From Eledone cirrhosa (lineage: Eukaryota), in NCBI GenBank assembly GCA_964016885.1, contig OZ024744.1, positions 58,838,001 through 58,902,000 of the forward strand: a DNA stretch of 64,000 bases, read 5' to 3'. The position numbers were made by a program, and so were the translations under genes. How positions within the stretch are numbered: the stretch's first letter is position 1; every line of letters begins with the position of its first letter. The notes below the pieces were generated by a model. It ran no database searches. It saw only the letters and a program-made list of their open reading frames with translations, and had not been told where the DNA came from. This document shows, piece by piece, positions 12,161-25,590 of this stretch.

Positions 12161-15100
12161 ATACCAAAATACGGCGATCTTATCTTAAACCTTACATTCT
12201 CGCTAACAACCCATCATCCCTCCCACCCGCCCCCATGCACCACAATTATTACGTGGACCAATCATAAGTCAGAGGCCCATACTATCACTTAACTGGTTGC
12301 TTTTCGATATGATGGATGGACTACGGAATTCTGGAGAGTTGAAGAGAGAAAAATGTGGACGCTCAGCGACAATGCCAAAGATAAAGACAAATTCACCTCG
12401 TGGACGAGAATGCAAGCACTCCTCCTTGTTTCAGCCCAGGATGGCTAACATAACCCCCACCCCACCCCTCCCCACCCGCGCCCCACCGCTCCCACCCTCC
12501 AAACGCAATCCAAAACTTCAGAGTTGGTACCATGAATGTAGGCACCTTAAAGGGTCGCTCTAACGAGGTTGTAGAAATGCTTGAACGTAAGGAGGTCGAT
12601 GTTTGTTGTATTCAAGAGACCAGGTGGAGGGGAGGGTCTGCTAGATTCATCGTGGGTAAAGAACGATGCTATAAGCTTTTCTGGGTGGGAAATGACAATG
12701 GGTTGGGTGGGGTAGGAATCATGGTAGCAGAAAAGTGGGCAGATAAGATAATAGACGTAAATAGAGTGAACGACACTGATGCTCGCTACCTCCCAAATAA
12801 CCGACAGTGACTATATAATTATTGCAGGCGACCTAAATGGTCACGTTGGACAACATTGTGACGGCTATGACGGAATCCATGGAGGCTATGGGTTCGGTAC
12901 TAGAAATGAGGAAGGCTCCAGAATCCTGGAATTCTGCGACGCAAATAACTTAACTATCTGTAACACTAACTTCAAAAAACGAGACAATCACTTGATCACC
13001 TATAGATCGGGGGAACACACAAGCCAGGTAGATTATATCCTTACCAGAAGACGTGACAGAGTGTCTGTTGTTAACACTAAATCCCTCCCCCATGAAGAAT
13101 TCACCTCCCAACATAGACTGATAATTAGCGACCTCATAGTCAGGACGAGACGTACTAGACAGCGGAAGAGGACTATCCTCAGGAGAAAAATATGGAAGCT
13201 AAAGGACCCCATAGCCAGAAATAAATTTCAAAGCATATTACTTGACGCTTTTGACAGTAAGGAAGAGCAATTAGAGTCGTATAATATAGAGGAACAGTGG
13301 GAATTCCTGAGAGCAAACCTGCTGACGGCGGCAGACGAAGTCTGTGGCTGGAGCAGGCCTGTAGGTGGGAGGAGAGTAACATGGTGGTGGAACAGTAAGG
13401 TGGAGGAGTCAATTAAGGCCAAAAAGCAGGCTTGGAAAGTATGGCGGGATGGGGGAAGTAGAGAAGACTATCAAGTGGCCAGGAGGGAAGCTAGGAGACA
13501 AGTGTACTTCGCAAGAAGGGAAGCAGAGGAAAGAAAGTTCAAGCATGTTCTACAACGTGAGGACCAAAAACGTGAGGTGTTCAGGATTGCCAGGCAATGT
13601 GTCAAGGAAAACCGTGATATTGTCGGGGAGAAGTGTGTACTTAACGATGATGGCATACTTGCCATCACCGACGCTGATAAGGAGGTAGCTTGGAAGTGTC
13701 ACTACGAAATGAGGAGAATAAATGGGAGAAAGACAGTCTCCCCCACATCGACCCAATAGAGGGACCAGTAGTGTTAGTCCAGGGTAGTACAATAAGCAAG
13801 GCAATCAAAGATATGAAGACGGGTAAGGCGGCTGGTCCTTCGGAAATAGTTGCTGAGATGCTGAAGGCATCTGGTTCGGTGGGACACACCATGGTCACCC
13901 GGATAGTTAACCAAGTCGTACAGAATGGGGTTGTTCCGAAGGACTGGCGTAGCAGCATCATCGTTAACTGCTATAAGGGAAAAGGAGATGCCCTAGATAG
14001 GAGTAACTATAGAGGCATTAAATTAATCGACCAGGTCATGAAGGTCATGGAAAAAGTAATAGCGCAACTAATCAGAGAGAGAATTGATCTAGATGAAATG
14101 CAGTTCGGGTTTGTGTCAGGCAAAAGTACCACTGACGCTCTTTTCATCGTACGACAACTACAGGAGAAGTACCTAGCTAAAAGTAAACCCCTATACTTAG
14201 CTTTCGTCGACTTGGAGAAAGCCTTCGACAGAGTCCCCCGTTCCATTATCTGGTGGTCTCTTAGAAAACTAGGTGTTGACGAATGGCTTGTGAGAGCTAT
14301 ACAAGCCATGTATAAAGAAACAGTCACCAAGGTTAGAATTAACAACGAATATAGTGAAGAGTTTAGCGTAAAAGTTGGTGTCCATCAGGGCTCTGTTCTT
14401 AGCCCCCTACTATTTATTATTGCCCTTCAGGCCATAACAGAGGAGTTCAAGACCGGCTGCCCATGGGAACTCCTATACGCAGATGATCTAACGCTCATAG
14501 CTGAATCAATGACCGAACTAGAGAAGAAATTCCAAACATAGAAGCATGGCCTAGAATCAAAAGGCCTTAAAATTAACCTGGCTAAGACTAAAGTTCTAGT
14601 TTGTAGGAAAGAAAATAAGGCGGCGGTCCCTTCTGGGAAATGGCCATGCTCAGTGTGTAGGAAAGGCGTAGGTAGAAACTCCATTTTATGTCCCAATGCA
14701 AAGTATGGGTGCATAAAAGATGTAGTGGGATCACAGGTAAGCTAACTAAGAACATAGATTTTACATGTGGCCAGTGCTCTGGTGCAATAAGTAGCAGCAA
14801 GTGCCCACAAAATACTAGCTCCTTCAACTGCGCAGAGGGTTCTATAGAAATAGTGGACAGCTTCCGTTACCTGGGTGACAAAATCAGCAGTGGGGGAGGG
14901 TGCTCTGAAAGTACAGTAGCTAGAGTCAGAACTGGATGGAAAAAGTTCAGAGAGCTTATACCACTATTAGCCGCTAGAGGGTTCTCCCTAAAAATGAAAG
15001 GCAGGTTATACAATGCCTGCATACGAACAGCAATGCTGCATGGCAGTGAGACCTGGGCATTGTGTGCAGAGGATATACGCAGACTAGAGAGGAACGAAGC

Positions 15101-15931
15101 TTGCATGCTCCGCTGGATGTGCAATAGTAATATACGTGAACGGCAAAGCATAAACGAACTAAGGAAAAAATTAGAAATAAGAGGGATCAGATGTTGTTTA
15201 CTCGAGAGAAGGCTACGTTGGTACGGTCACGTGATGTGCATGAAAGACGACAGCTGTATAACAAAGTGCAGGGCAATAAAGATAGACGGTAGCCACGGAG
15301 TAGGCAGACCCAGAAAAACCTGGGACGACATGATAAATTCCGACCTCACACGCTTACACCTCTCCAAGACAATGTCACTGGACCGAGATCTTTGGCGGTA
15401 CTCAGTAATAGAGAAGACCCGCCTTACCTAAATACAAAGTAAAAACCTACTACAGTCAGTAGGCATCTCTATCAAAACACACCCCCGTCCCACCACCTCC
15501 ACCCCATCCACACCGCCCCTTTCAATGTAAAGTTATGTTGGTCCCACAACATCCAGGCCGAAACAAATGAGATTGTGTAGGTGTCACGACAAAAAAAGAC
15601 ACAGTCCACGCTGTAAATGTGGCCGTGTAGGCAACACGGTAAAAACCTCCCAGCCCCACACTGTAAATGTGGTTGGTGTTAGGAAGGGCATCCAGCTGTA
15701 GAAAACCCGCCAGACAGTCCACGCTGTAATGTGGCCGTGTAGGCAACATGGTAAAAACCTCCCAGCCCCACACTGTAAATGTGGTTGGTGTTAGGAAGGG
15801 CATCCAGCTGTAGAAAACCCGCCAGACAGTCCTATGCGAGCAAGACAACCACTCTTGCCTCAAGTGGGAAAACCCCCGTCCAAACCCATGCAAGCATGGA
15901 ACACGGACGCTAAACCCGATGATGATGATGA
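12161..15931 (+). mobile_element. Near-full-length RTE LINE (family A): 5'UTR, APE, RT, PHD-type finger, 3'UTR with ~113-bp tandem duplication, (GAT)n tail; inactivated
   Basis: APE motifs NVGTL..VCCIQETRW, IIAGDLNGHVG, QVDYIL and SQHRL; full RT motif set; deletion near 12775, frameshifts near 13705 and 14695, TAG at 14539-14541. Confidence 0.95.
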
Positions 15932-18900
15932 TCATCATCATCATCATCGTTTTACGTCCATCTTCCACACTAACCTGGGTTAGATGGATTTGTCCCACTT
16001 GAGGCAAGATTGGTTGGGTGACAGTGTCTCACTCGTATAGAACTGTTTCTGGTGGTTTCCTACAGCTAGATGCCCTTCCTAATACCAACCACATTTACAG
16101 TGTGGACTGGGAGCCTTTTTACCGTGTCTCCTACACGACCACTTTACAATGTAGACTGGGTGCTTTTTGTCGTGACACCTACACGACCACTTTACAGTGT
16201 GGACTGGATCTTCTGTGGTACCAACATAACTTTACAGAGAAAGGGTGGTGTTGGTGGAAGTGGGAGGGTGGAGTAGGGGATGTAGAGTGGGGTGTATATT
16301 GGGTTCAGAGATGTCTACAGACTGTAGGTTTAAGTTTATATGTAAGGGAAGGTGAGTCTTCTGTATAACTGCGTAGCACCAAAGATCTCGATCCAGTGAC
16401 ATTGTCTTAGAGTGGTGTCTTAGACAAGTTAACTTTAAGGCCTTTTTATTCTAGGTCATGCTTCCATGTTTAAAATGTCTGCTCTAGACCAGCCATAGAT
16501 TCAGCTATGACAGTTAGATCATCTGTGTATAGAAGTTCCCATTGGTAGCCAGTTTAAATTCTTCTGTTATAGCCTGTAGGGCAATAAAAATCAGGAGGGG
16601 CTAAGAACGGAGCCTTGGTGAACACCAACTTTTACACTAAATTCTTCACTATATTCATTGTTAATTCTAACCTTGCTGACTGTTTCTTTATACATGGCTT
16701 ATATAGCTCTCACAAGCCACTCATCTACTCCTAGTTTTCTAAGGACCCACCAGATAATAGTGTGGAAGACTCTGTCAAAGGATTTCTCCAAGTCAACAAG
16801 ACCTAAGTAGAGGGGTTTACTTTTCGCTAGGTACTTCTCCTGTAGTTGCCGTACAAGGAAGAGAGCATCTGTGATACTTTTACCTGGCACAAACCCAAAC
16901 TGCATTTTATCTAGATCAATTCGGTCTCTAATCAGTTGTGCAATAACTCTTTCTGTGACCTTCATGACCTGGTCAACTAACTTAATGCGTCTGTAGTGAC
17001 CTACATTCCGCGGGCTCACATACATTCTCTGTGCGAGATTTGGCTTCGTTCAGCCAATCAGCGCCAGTAGAAGAGGATGTATCCCTACGCGCCCTGAGGA
17101 AGAAATTCCCCGCGAAGATTTGAAGAATCTCTCTCTTGTATCGGAAACTTCAAGTCAGCAACACGCATAATGTAACGGTGAGATATTGCACCCTAGCCTC
17201 GCCGGCTTAACGGCGCAATGGCACATTCCCTTTTGTAACCTCTTTTTATCTGTAACTTCAACCATATAAGTTAACAAACATTGTTTGTGCTACATCAAAA
17301 ATAAACATACATTTCATCTCTAATTTCTGCTGTTGAAATCATTATTATGTTACTCGTGTCTCAATAACATCTATAATCCATGCTGCTGGAATTGGCGACC
17401 TGACGAAAGGAATATTGTAAATAGATCGAGGAACCTTCCCTCACGTTTATGTCAACAAGATAATCCAACGAGGATAGTATCACTTACCACACTAGCCATA
17501 ACGACCATCAATCATCTACCCTGTTAAAGTGGCGACTACTCTATAACTAATACTGCTAAAGTGGTGACCGACATAAGAATTTAACGCAGCCCTTCTTTTT
17601 TATTCAGTTGAACTTTTATTGCCACGTTGCCAACCTTTTCGCAACTTGTGAAAATAAAAAATATTCCTTTTAAGATTTTTGAAAAATTAGCAGTATTTCA
17701 AAAACTTTTCACCACGAAGAAATTTCAAAATGGCTACCGACAAGTCCTGTCTACGATCAACAAAGACAGCAGCAGCAGCGACAACATTGTTTAGCCACTG
17801 ACCAAAACAGGGAATAGTGAGTGGCAGCTTCATAGCCTTACCGACTCAAACCACCACACATCGGAAATTTCAGGACAGCTTGTAGCTTTACCGACGCAAC
17901 CACCATACATACCTTCTGTCTCGTTACCACAGGGACTCGAGAAATTGAGACAGTAGTTTTCTCACCATTATGGCGTCAGACGTGGCTGCCATGTTTGGTG
18001 ACTGCTACTCTACAGAAGATTCTTTGACTTTGCTTTAACAATAAGCAACACAACCGTGTGGCGGGACGGTAAAATGGCCACGAAAACTCACAAAAACACC
18101 ATACATCTAACCCCTAACGGCATTAACAAACTTCTTTTTCAGTTTTCAGATAGAACTAGTGTCTGTACACTGGTGATGTGTGAACTATTTGACTTTGAAA
18201 AACTTTGAACTTATTGAGCAATTTCTCTGCTCCCTTAGATTGACTTTGAATTATCAGTTTGTTACATTCACATATTTCTTTGTAGAATGCATTTACTTGT
18301 TTTGTGCTCTTTTGCTATTTGCTTGCTAATGGTTTTTGTTCATTCACATTCTTTGCTGTTTTACATGCCTGCATATGCACACATTTTTTTTATCACACAC
18401 CAACATGTTGTTCTTGGTATATTTTCTTCAAACGTAATATTCTGCGAGTCCCTTTTCACCTGGTCGAGGTGCTGTCACATGCTAGCAGCTCACAGAGCTT
18501 AATCCACTGGATTCAAACAGGCACCGCAACACGAGAATACTAATTGCAGCTGAACTCAAACAGCTTCGCATCTCGTTGCACACTGATCGTCCATGACGGC
18601 CATCCGTCTTGTTGTTTTTGCCCGACTCGCTGGGAAAGCAACAAATTGAACTGGACTTGTCAGCATTTCGGCCACTTCTGTGGATTCGCCCGAATTATGG
18701 AATTTACACTGCAACCCACCTACAGATTAAACTTGCTTTTTTTCTTTACAAAGCAACCAGCCATTTTTTCCTGGCTCCCTAGCACATTCGGCAATACATC
18801 TGGGAGGCCAACATTTTCTCGCCTACCCATCATCTTCTTGCCAGCACTGCCATAATAGCTTCGTCCACAGCTACAGGTGCAGCACTTGCCATTGACATTT

Positions 18901-19863
18901 AATGCAAGAACAGCAACTTCGCCCATGTCAGACTTTATTCGTTTTTTGTTAGACCTTTGGCGGTCACGTATAAACAACAAAACAACTGGTCATTTGACAC
19001 AGCGGCTCAACACGGCCCGTAGCGCCTCATTTTTTGTTCTTGCATGCAACCTTCTGCTCAATTATTTTTTCACTGATGTGCTCTTTCAGCATTTGTTCTT
19101 GCTGATTCAATAATATGTGGGTCCTTGGTTTCTTCGTTATCGATTTTCCGCTGAAAATCTGGTCGGAGGTGATGTAGTGACCTACATTCCACGGGCTCAC
19201 ATACATTCTCTGTGCGTGATTTGGTTCCGTTCAGCCAATCAGCGCCAGTAGAAGAGGATGTATCCCTACGCGCCCTGAGGAAGAAATTCCCCGCGAAGAT
19301 TTGAAGAATCTCTCTCTTGTACCAGAAACTTCAAGCCAGCAACACGCATAATGTAACGGTGAGATATTGCACCCTAGCCTCGCCGGCTTAACGGCGCGAT
19401 GGCACATTCCCTTTTGTAACCTCTTTTTATCTGTAACTTCAACCATATAAGTTAACAAACATTGTTTGTGCTACATCAAAAATAAACATACATTTCATCT
19501 CTAATTTCTGCTGTTGAAATCATTATTATGTTACTCGCGTCTCAATAACATCTATAATCCATGCTGCTGGAATTGGCGACCTGACGAAAGGAATATTGTA
19601 AATAGATCGAGGAACCTTCCCTCACGTCTATGTCAACAAGATAATCCAACGAGGATACTATCACTTACCACACTGGCCATAACGACCATCAATCATCTAC
19701 CCTGTTAAAGTGGCAACTACTCTATAACTAATACTGCTAAACGTCTATAGTTTTCTCTATCTAGAGCATCTCTTTTGCCCTTGTATCAGTTAACAATGAC
19801 GCTGCTACGCCAGTCATTTGGCATGACTCCATTCTGTATTACTTGGTTTACTATTCGGGTGAC
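15932..19863 (-). mobile_element. Minus-strand RTE LINE (family A), internally deleted near 16415 and interrupted by the LTR element at 16992-19741
   Basis: (ATC)n tail at 15932-15948; RT ORF 16699-17025 (QFGF, DLEKSFDRV); RT sequence resumes exactly after the TSD at 19746. Confidence 0.9.
16992..19741 (+). mobile_element. Non-autonomous LTR retroelement 1 (TRIM/LARD-like, probably Gypsy-mobilised): 569-bp LTRs at 16992-17560 and 19173-19741
   Basis: Direct repeats begin TGTAGTG and differ at roughly a dozen positions. 4-bp TSD CGTC (16988-16991, 19742-19745). PBS-like TGGTGACCGAC at 17562. Purine-rich CTGGTCGGAGGTGA precedes the 3' LTR. No pol ORF in the 1.6-kb interior. Confidence 0.93.
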
Positions 19864-20000
19864 TATATATATATATACACTATATATACATATATATATA
19901 TATAATGATTTTACATCCCATGTGTGCAACTATGTGCTTGTAAATATATATATATCATCATCATCATTATCACTGTTTAACGTCCATTATTCAATGCTAG

Positions 20001-20184
20001 GCCGGTGAATTGGCAGTATCAGTAGAGGGTCGGACGCCATGCTTTCTAGCATAGTTACGTCCCTTTACAGTCTGAGTTCAAATCCCGCCGAGGTTAACTT
20101 TGCCTTTCATCCTTACGGGGTCGATAAAATAAAGTACCAGTAATGCACTGGGTAATTGCTGGCCTTGTGCCTAAAGTAGAAACA
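20001..20184 (+). mobile_element. SINE family S1 with 15-bp TSD, inserted in a minus-strand RTE tail
   Basis: ATTATTCAATGCTAG at 19986-20000 and 20185-20199. Confidence 0.92.
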
Positions 20185-20251
20185 ATTATTCAATGCTAGA
20201 ATAGATTAGCTGAGTTGTCCTGTTCTGAGATAAATCAGATTAGGTGACAAT

Positions 20252-20650
20252 GTCATCATCATCATTCATCATCACCGTTTTACGTCCGTTCTTCCACGCT
20301 AGCATGGGTTAGACGAGTTGTCCTGTTGTGGGCAGTGTCCAGTCGGTTGACCTTGTCTTGCTCATACAGGAACTGATTTTGGCTTGATTTCTACAGCTGG
20401 ATGCCCTTCCTAACACCAACCTCATTTACAGTGAGTGCTGGGTACTTTTTTGCCGTGGCACCTCCACGGCCACTTTGCAGTATAATGATAGGGACCCCAG
20501 TCCCTATCATATCATTTCTACAGCTGAGTAAACTGGAGCAATGTGAAATAAAGTGTCTTGCTCAAGCAAACAACACATCACCCGGTCTGAGAATTGAACT
20601 CACAACCTTTCGATTGCAAGCCCAATGCTCTAACCACTAAGCCATGTACC
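20252..20650 (-). mobile_element. tRNA-derived SINE family S2: tRNA head, CORE-like domain, hairpin and RTE family A 3' tail
   Basis: Minus strand reads TAGTGGTTAGAGCA..GAGTTCAATTC, then TTGAGCAAGACACTT..TTGCTCCAG..ACTCAGCTGTAGAAATG, a hairpin at 20485-20510, then sequence matching the RTE 3'UTR at 11895-12160. Confidence 0.82.
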
Positions 20651-20654
20651 ATGT

Positions 20655-22660
20655 TCATACAAAACTGTTTCTGGCTTGTTTTCTATGGCTGGATGCCCTT
20701 CCTAACATCAACCAAATTTAAGGCATTGACTGGGTACTTTTTCATCGTGTCACCAGTACAACCACCTTACAGGTTGGATCAGATGCTTTTTGTCATGTCA
20801 CCAGCACGACCATTTTAGAAAGTGGACTGGGTGCTTTTTATTGTGGCACCAGCATGTCCACTTTAGAGTATGGACTGGGTGCTTTTGCGATGTCATCAAC
20901 ATGAGCGCTTTGCTGAGTGTTCTTGGATCTTTTAGCCATTTCAGTAGCATTGTTGGTAGTATGTCCAGCTTTCAATTCTTGTAAGCATGGGTTAGACAAG
21001 AGAGGTGTATCAGATGTGGGGAGAGGGGGTTGCATGTGTGCATGATGTTTATTGGGGAGATAGGTCAAAGGTGGGGTATTTAGCTGGTGAAGGGTGGAGT
21101 GTTAAGATGTATGAGATGCATGGAAGGAGGAGAAAGAAGTAGTGCAAATGAGTGTCCTTTAGATGTTTGCTTCAACCTGTGCACATGGGAAGATGGGTTT
21201 TCTGCAGTTCTGCACATCATCAGAGATCTCGATCCTTTGTCATCCTTTGAGAGGTTTAATTGTGCAAGGTCAGCTTTTCCCACTTCATCCCATGATTTCC
21301 TTGGTCTTTCTCTTCCATAGTTACCTATAACTCGAAGTGCCCTGCACCTTTTTATACTGCTGTCATCCTCCATATGCATCACATGTCCATACCACCGTAA
21401 TTTCCTCTCCTGCACACTGCATTTGACCCCTCTTATGCTTATTTTCTCTCTCATTTAATTTATGCTTTGCCATTCATATACATGCATCATACAATCTGCC
21501 TATCATTTTGAGGAAAAAACCATTTGTAGCTAGCAGCGGTAGTAGCTCCCTGAACTTTTTTATCCCGTTTTTACTCTAGCTACTGTATTTTCAGAACACC
21601 TACCTCCTCTGTTAATTTGGTCACCCAAGTAACACAAGCTGTCAACTGCTTCTATTGAACCCTCTAAGAATTTGATAGCACTTGTCTCGTGTGAATACTT
21701 GCGACTCACTGCTCCTGTACATTGACCACATGTAAAAACCTACATTTTTTTGATAACCTGTCTGAGATCCCGCTACATCTCTTGTGTACCCATAGTTTGC
21801 ATTTGAGACATAGGATGGAATTTCTACTCATCCCTTTCCTATTTACTGAACAGGGGCATTTCCCTGAAGGGATCAAGGCCCAGTTCTCCTTTCTTCTTAC
21901 TAGGACTTTAGTCAAGTTTACATTAAGACCTTTTGATTCTAAGCTACACTTCCAGGTCAGGAATTTTTTCTCTAATTTTACCAAAGATTCAGCTATGAGA
22001 GTGATATAATAAACACCAGGATAAACTTTTCCATTATAGCCAGCAGGATACTAATAAACAAAAGAGGGCTAAGGATGGCGCCCTGGTGAACCACCACTGG
22101 CACATTGAATTCTTCACTATAATTGTTAGTTCTAACCTTGCTGACTGCACCTCTGTACATGGCTTGTACTGACTTCATAAGTCTCTTGTCTACTCCTTCA
22201 TTTTGAGAGAAAAGCCTTTTGTAGCTAGCTCCCTGAATTTCTTCCATCCTGTTCTTACCCTGGTTACTGTACTTTCAGAACACCCACCTCTACTGCTAAT
22301 TCGGTCACCTAGGTAGCAGAAGCTGTCTACTGTTTCTACAGAGTCCTCCCAAAATTTGGTAGTGCTTGTTTCCTGTGGCTGTTTGCTACTTACTGTCCTG
22401 GTGCAGCTGCTACATGTAAAGCCTACATTCTTAACTAAGCTTCCTGAGATCCCACTACATCTCTTGTGTACCCATAGTTTGCATTTGGAGTAGAGGATGG
22501 AATTCCTACCTACACCTTTCCTATATACTGAGCAAGACTATTTCCCTGAGGGTATCTGGTTTCTGTTTTCTCATCTACTTACGAGGACCTTAGTCTTTGT
22601 CAGGTTGACTTCGAGACCCCTTCTTTCTAATCCTTGCTTCCATGTTTGGAATTTCTTTTC
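20655..22660 (-). mobile_element. Two adjacent degraded RTE family A fragments (junction near 22200)
   Basis: ORFs 21080-21454, 21706-21984 and 21993-22247 match the RT, PHD and C-terminal regions; the PHD region recurs at 22200-22660. Confidence 0.85.
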
Positions 22661-22701
22661 TTCTCTCTCTCTCTCTTTCTATATACATATATATATATAT
22701 A

Positions 22702-23685
22702 CTATCAGAGGAACCCGGCGTTGCTCGGGTATTAAATAGCAGTTATGTATACCATTTATGTCAATACTTCAGTGCTGCTTCGAAAACTATACTTGTACAA
22801 AATCATCGGCTTTTTCCAAAAGGGGGTTCCTGCCCCCAGGGGTCCCCTACTCAATATGTGCCAATTCTGAGAGTTCACATTCATCTGTAGGACAAACGTA
22901 GCCCATGTGTCAAGTTTTGTGAAAATCGGTTGCGAACTCCACAAGTTTTGTTGCATTGTACTGCAGTGCTTCAGTCGACTCCAAGGAAGTGGTTAAAGGG
23001 GGTTATCTGCTGGGAGGCCCTATAATCAATATCTGGAAAAATGAAAGTGCTCATGACCATCCGGAGTACATAAGTAACCAATGTCTTAAGTTTGGTGAAA
23101 ATACTGTAGAAATGCATAAGGTTTATACACGCGTGCGCGCGTGTGTTGTGTGTGTGTATGTATTTGTGTGTGCATATGTATATGTATGTGTATGTCCGTC
23201 AGCACATACGTATGTACTGGCCTAAATCTTCACTATTTACTTTTACTATGTTAAGGCAAAGTTAAAATCCCGTCGAGGTCAACTTTGCCTTTCATCCTTA
23301 CGGGGTCGATAAAATAAAGTACCAGTAATGTACTGGCTAATTGCTGGCCTTGTGCCAAAAGTAGAAACAACTATTTTAATAACCTCTGTCATTTTCGTTT
23401 ACAATTTTATTTACATCATTCTTAAACTCCGGGGCTGGAAATCATTCGGTTATTTTAAATAGAATATTAGTCTAACGACTCCATTTATACCATAAACATG
23501 GTCTTGTCTTTGCATGAAATTGTTCTTCTCGGTCCACATAACGACGTATTATCCTCGCTTTTTTTTCCATTCTTTCTTTCTCAACCCCTCCCCCTTTTTT
23601 CTCATACCCTCTCTCTCTCTTTCTCTCTCACACATACCCCCTCTCTCTCTCTTCCTCTACAGAATGGAGAACAATAAAGAATGCA

Positions 23686-23726
<41 letters not shown>

Positions 23727-23770
23727 ATATATATATGTGTTTGTGTGTGTGTGTGACCAGCGTTCGTCGC

Positions 23771-23827
<57 letters not shown>

Positions 23828-23862
23828 ATTATCTTGTACCTCTCTCTGTATAATGGCCTATC

Positions 23863-23909
<47 letters not shown>

Positions 23910-24245
23910 ATCTCCCTTTCTCTCTTTAGATGTATATGTGGTGTGTGTGTGTGATATATATATATAGAGAGAGAGAGAGTTGCAACATGTATGCAGTTTT
24001 ATAGATTGTTGATGGTAGTAGACAGAGTGAATAAGCGTGTAAGAGAGAAGGTTACAGCATGTATTTAGTTTTATTGAATTTTTTTCATAGAAGCAGGAAA
24101 TTTTTGGCAAAGTTTATTATGCGTTGACCATCCTTGGTAAATTTGGAGCACATTGGAAAAAAATCATCAAAATCGGTAGAGAAATGTGGAAATGCATAAA
24201 AATCATACACACACAGACAGACATCTTCCATTTTATATATATAGA
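22702..24245 (-). mobile_element. Non-autonomous Helitron (Lep1-like) with nested S1 SINE fragment (~23262-23375) and (CT)n tracts
   Basis: Left end A|CTATCAGAGGAACCCGGCGTTGCTCGGG is the reverse complement of a 3' hairpin plus degenerate CTAG. Right end ACAGACAGACA..ATATATAGA|T is the 5' TC. Same termini as 55261-56694. Confidence 0.75.
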
Positions 24246-24299
24246 TATATATATATATATAGAATGTAGAGAAGTGACACACGAGTTGATATAAACAAA

Positions 24300-24724
24300 T
24301 AGTAAAAAGGAAAAAAATACAGTAGAAAATGGTAGAGCGATTTTTTCAGGTAAACATTTTTAGTTTTTACATACGTATTTAGAGAGGAAAGTTCATATTT
24401 TTGTCCGTAGTTTTCTTTCTTTCTCTGTTAATCTTAACCATCTAAGGTGGTAGCAGTTGGTCAACACTAACAGATCGAAAGAAAACTACGGACAAAAATA
24501 TGAAGTTTCCTCTCTAAATATGTATGTAAAAAGAAATATTATATTATTATTCGTATAAATATGCAATTTAACTGCACTTTAAACTTCCATCGTTGAAAAA
24601 GCATATAAAGCTGAAACCGGTAGATGATTAAATGCGGAAACCTCTACTTTGTAAATAAATGTTTGATGTTATACTGAAAAAATCCCTCTAGCATTTTCTA
24701 TTGTATTTTTTCCTTTTTACTTTT
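24300..24724. repeat. Nested fold-back (outer ~50-bp and inner ~60-bp inverted arms) containing a degenerate hammerhead motif; probable Penelope pLTR derivative
   Basis: Arms ~24301-24349/24674-24722 and ~24364-24420/24477-24532; CATC..AGC..GCT GAAAC CG GTA GATG at 24588-24626; flanked by (TA)n. Confidence 0.7.
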
Positions 24725-24739
24725 ATATATATATGGGAT

Positions 24740-25590
24740 AACAAGTTATCTAGCCTACATTAGTTACAACTCAAACCACCCCCGATCCATAATTAACTCC
24801 ATAGCACATAGTATATCCCTGAGAATATCCCGCCTATTTTCAAACCTAGATATCTTTAATGAACACGCAAACTATTATAACATAGCTTTACATAAGGCTG
24901 GACATAAGGAGAAGCTACAATACATACTAGACAGAGACAACAACAAACCTAATGACATCAACACTACCCGCTCATACAGAAATAACAAGCATAGGACAAA
25001 ATATAGAATTAGACAACGAGCACCAAAAATAACTGAACAGAACACTAATAATAGGAACCAAAAATACTATAGAAGAACCAGAGAAAGAAAATACATATGG
25101 TTCAATTCGATATTCAACTCCTCTATAAAAACTAAACTACTCTCTACATTCTTTAAACTAATAGATAAGCACTTCCCTACACTACACAAATACCATAAAA
25201 TCTTCAATAGAAAAACTATAAAACTTTCATACTCTATTGCAGCCAATATAGAATCGCACATACATAAGATCAACCACAAAAATATCTCTAAAGAATCTAT
25301 CCTACCAACGCGCACCATAGCACCAAATATAAAACACAAACACATAACAACATCACAATCACAAATGCACCAGAATGCATCACAACAAAACACTAATAGG
25401 CCTAAATCACAACCCACACACAACAACTTACAAAAACGCAACAAACCTGCACAAAATAAAACCTCAAATTGTAATTGCCACCTACCAGATAAGTGCCCAC
25501 TACAGAATAGATGCCTGGATTCGATCATGGTATACCTGTGTACTGTGAATTCAGGCAACTCTACGTGGCACTACATAGGTTCCACAGCAT
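24740..25590 (+). mobile_element. Penelope-like element fragment (RT thumb/linker to GIY-YIG start; probably Naiad-type)
   Basis: HPRSIINSI..ISLRISRL, YIWFN..FFKLIDKHFP..KYHKIFNRKTIKLSYS, CNCHLPDKCPLQNRCL..VYLC..YIGST. Confidence 0.8.

Noticed and set aside
12161-12530. HDV-like ribozyme in the RTE 5'UTR
   Set aside because: Known from some RTEs, but I could not fit the nested double pseudoknot to this sequence.
10696-15151. Long antisense ORFs over the RTEs (e.g. 10696-11241, 11281-11727, 14007-14345)
   Set aside because: Shadow frames of RTE ORF2; they recur only because the LINE copies are homologous.
17950-18010. gag-like remnant (SPLW..W) in the LTR element 1 interior
   Set aside because: Too short and degenerate to support by eye.
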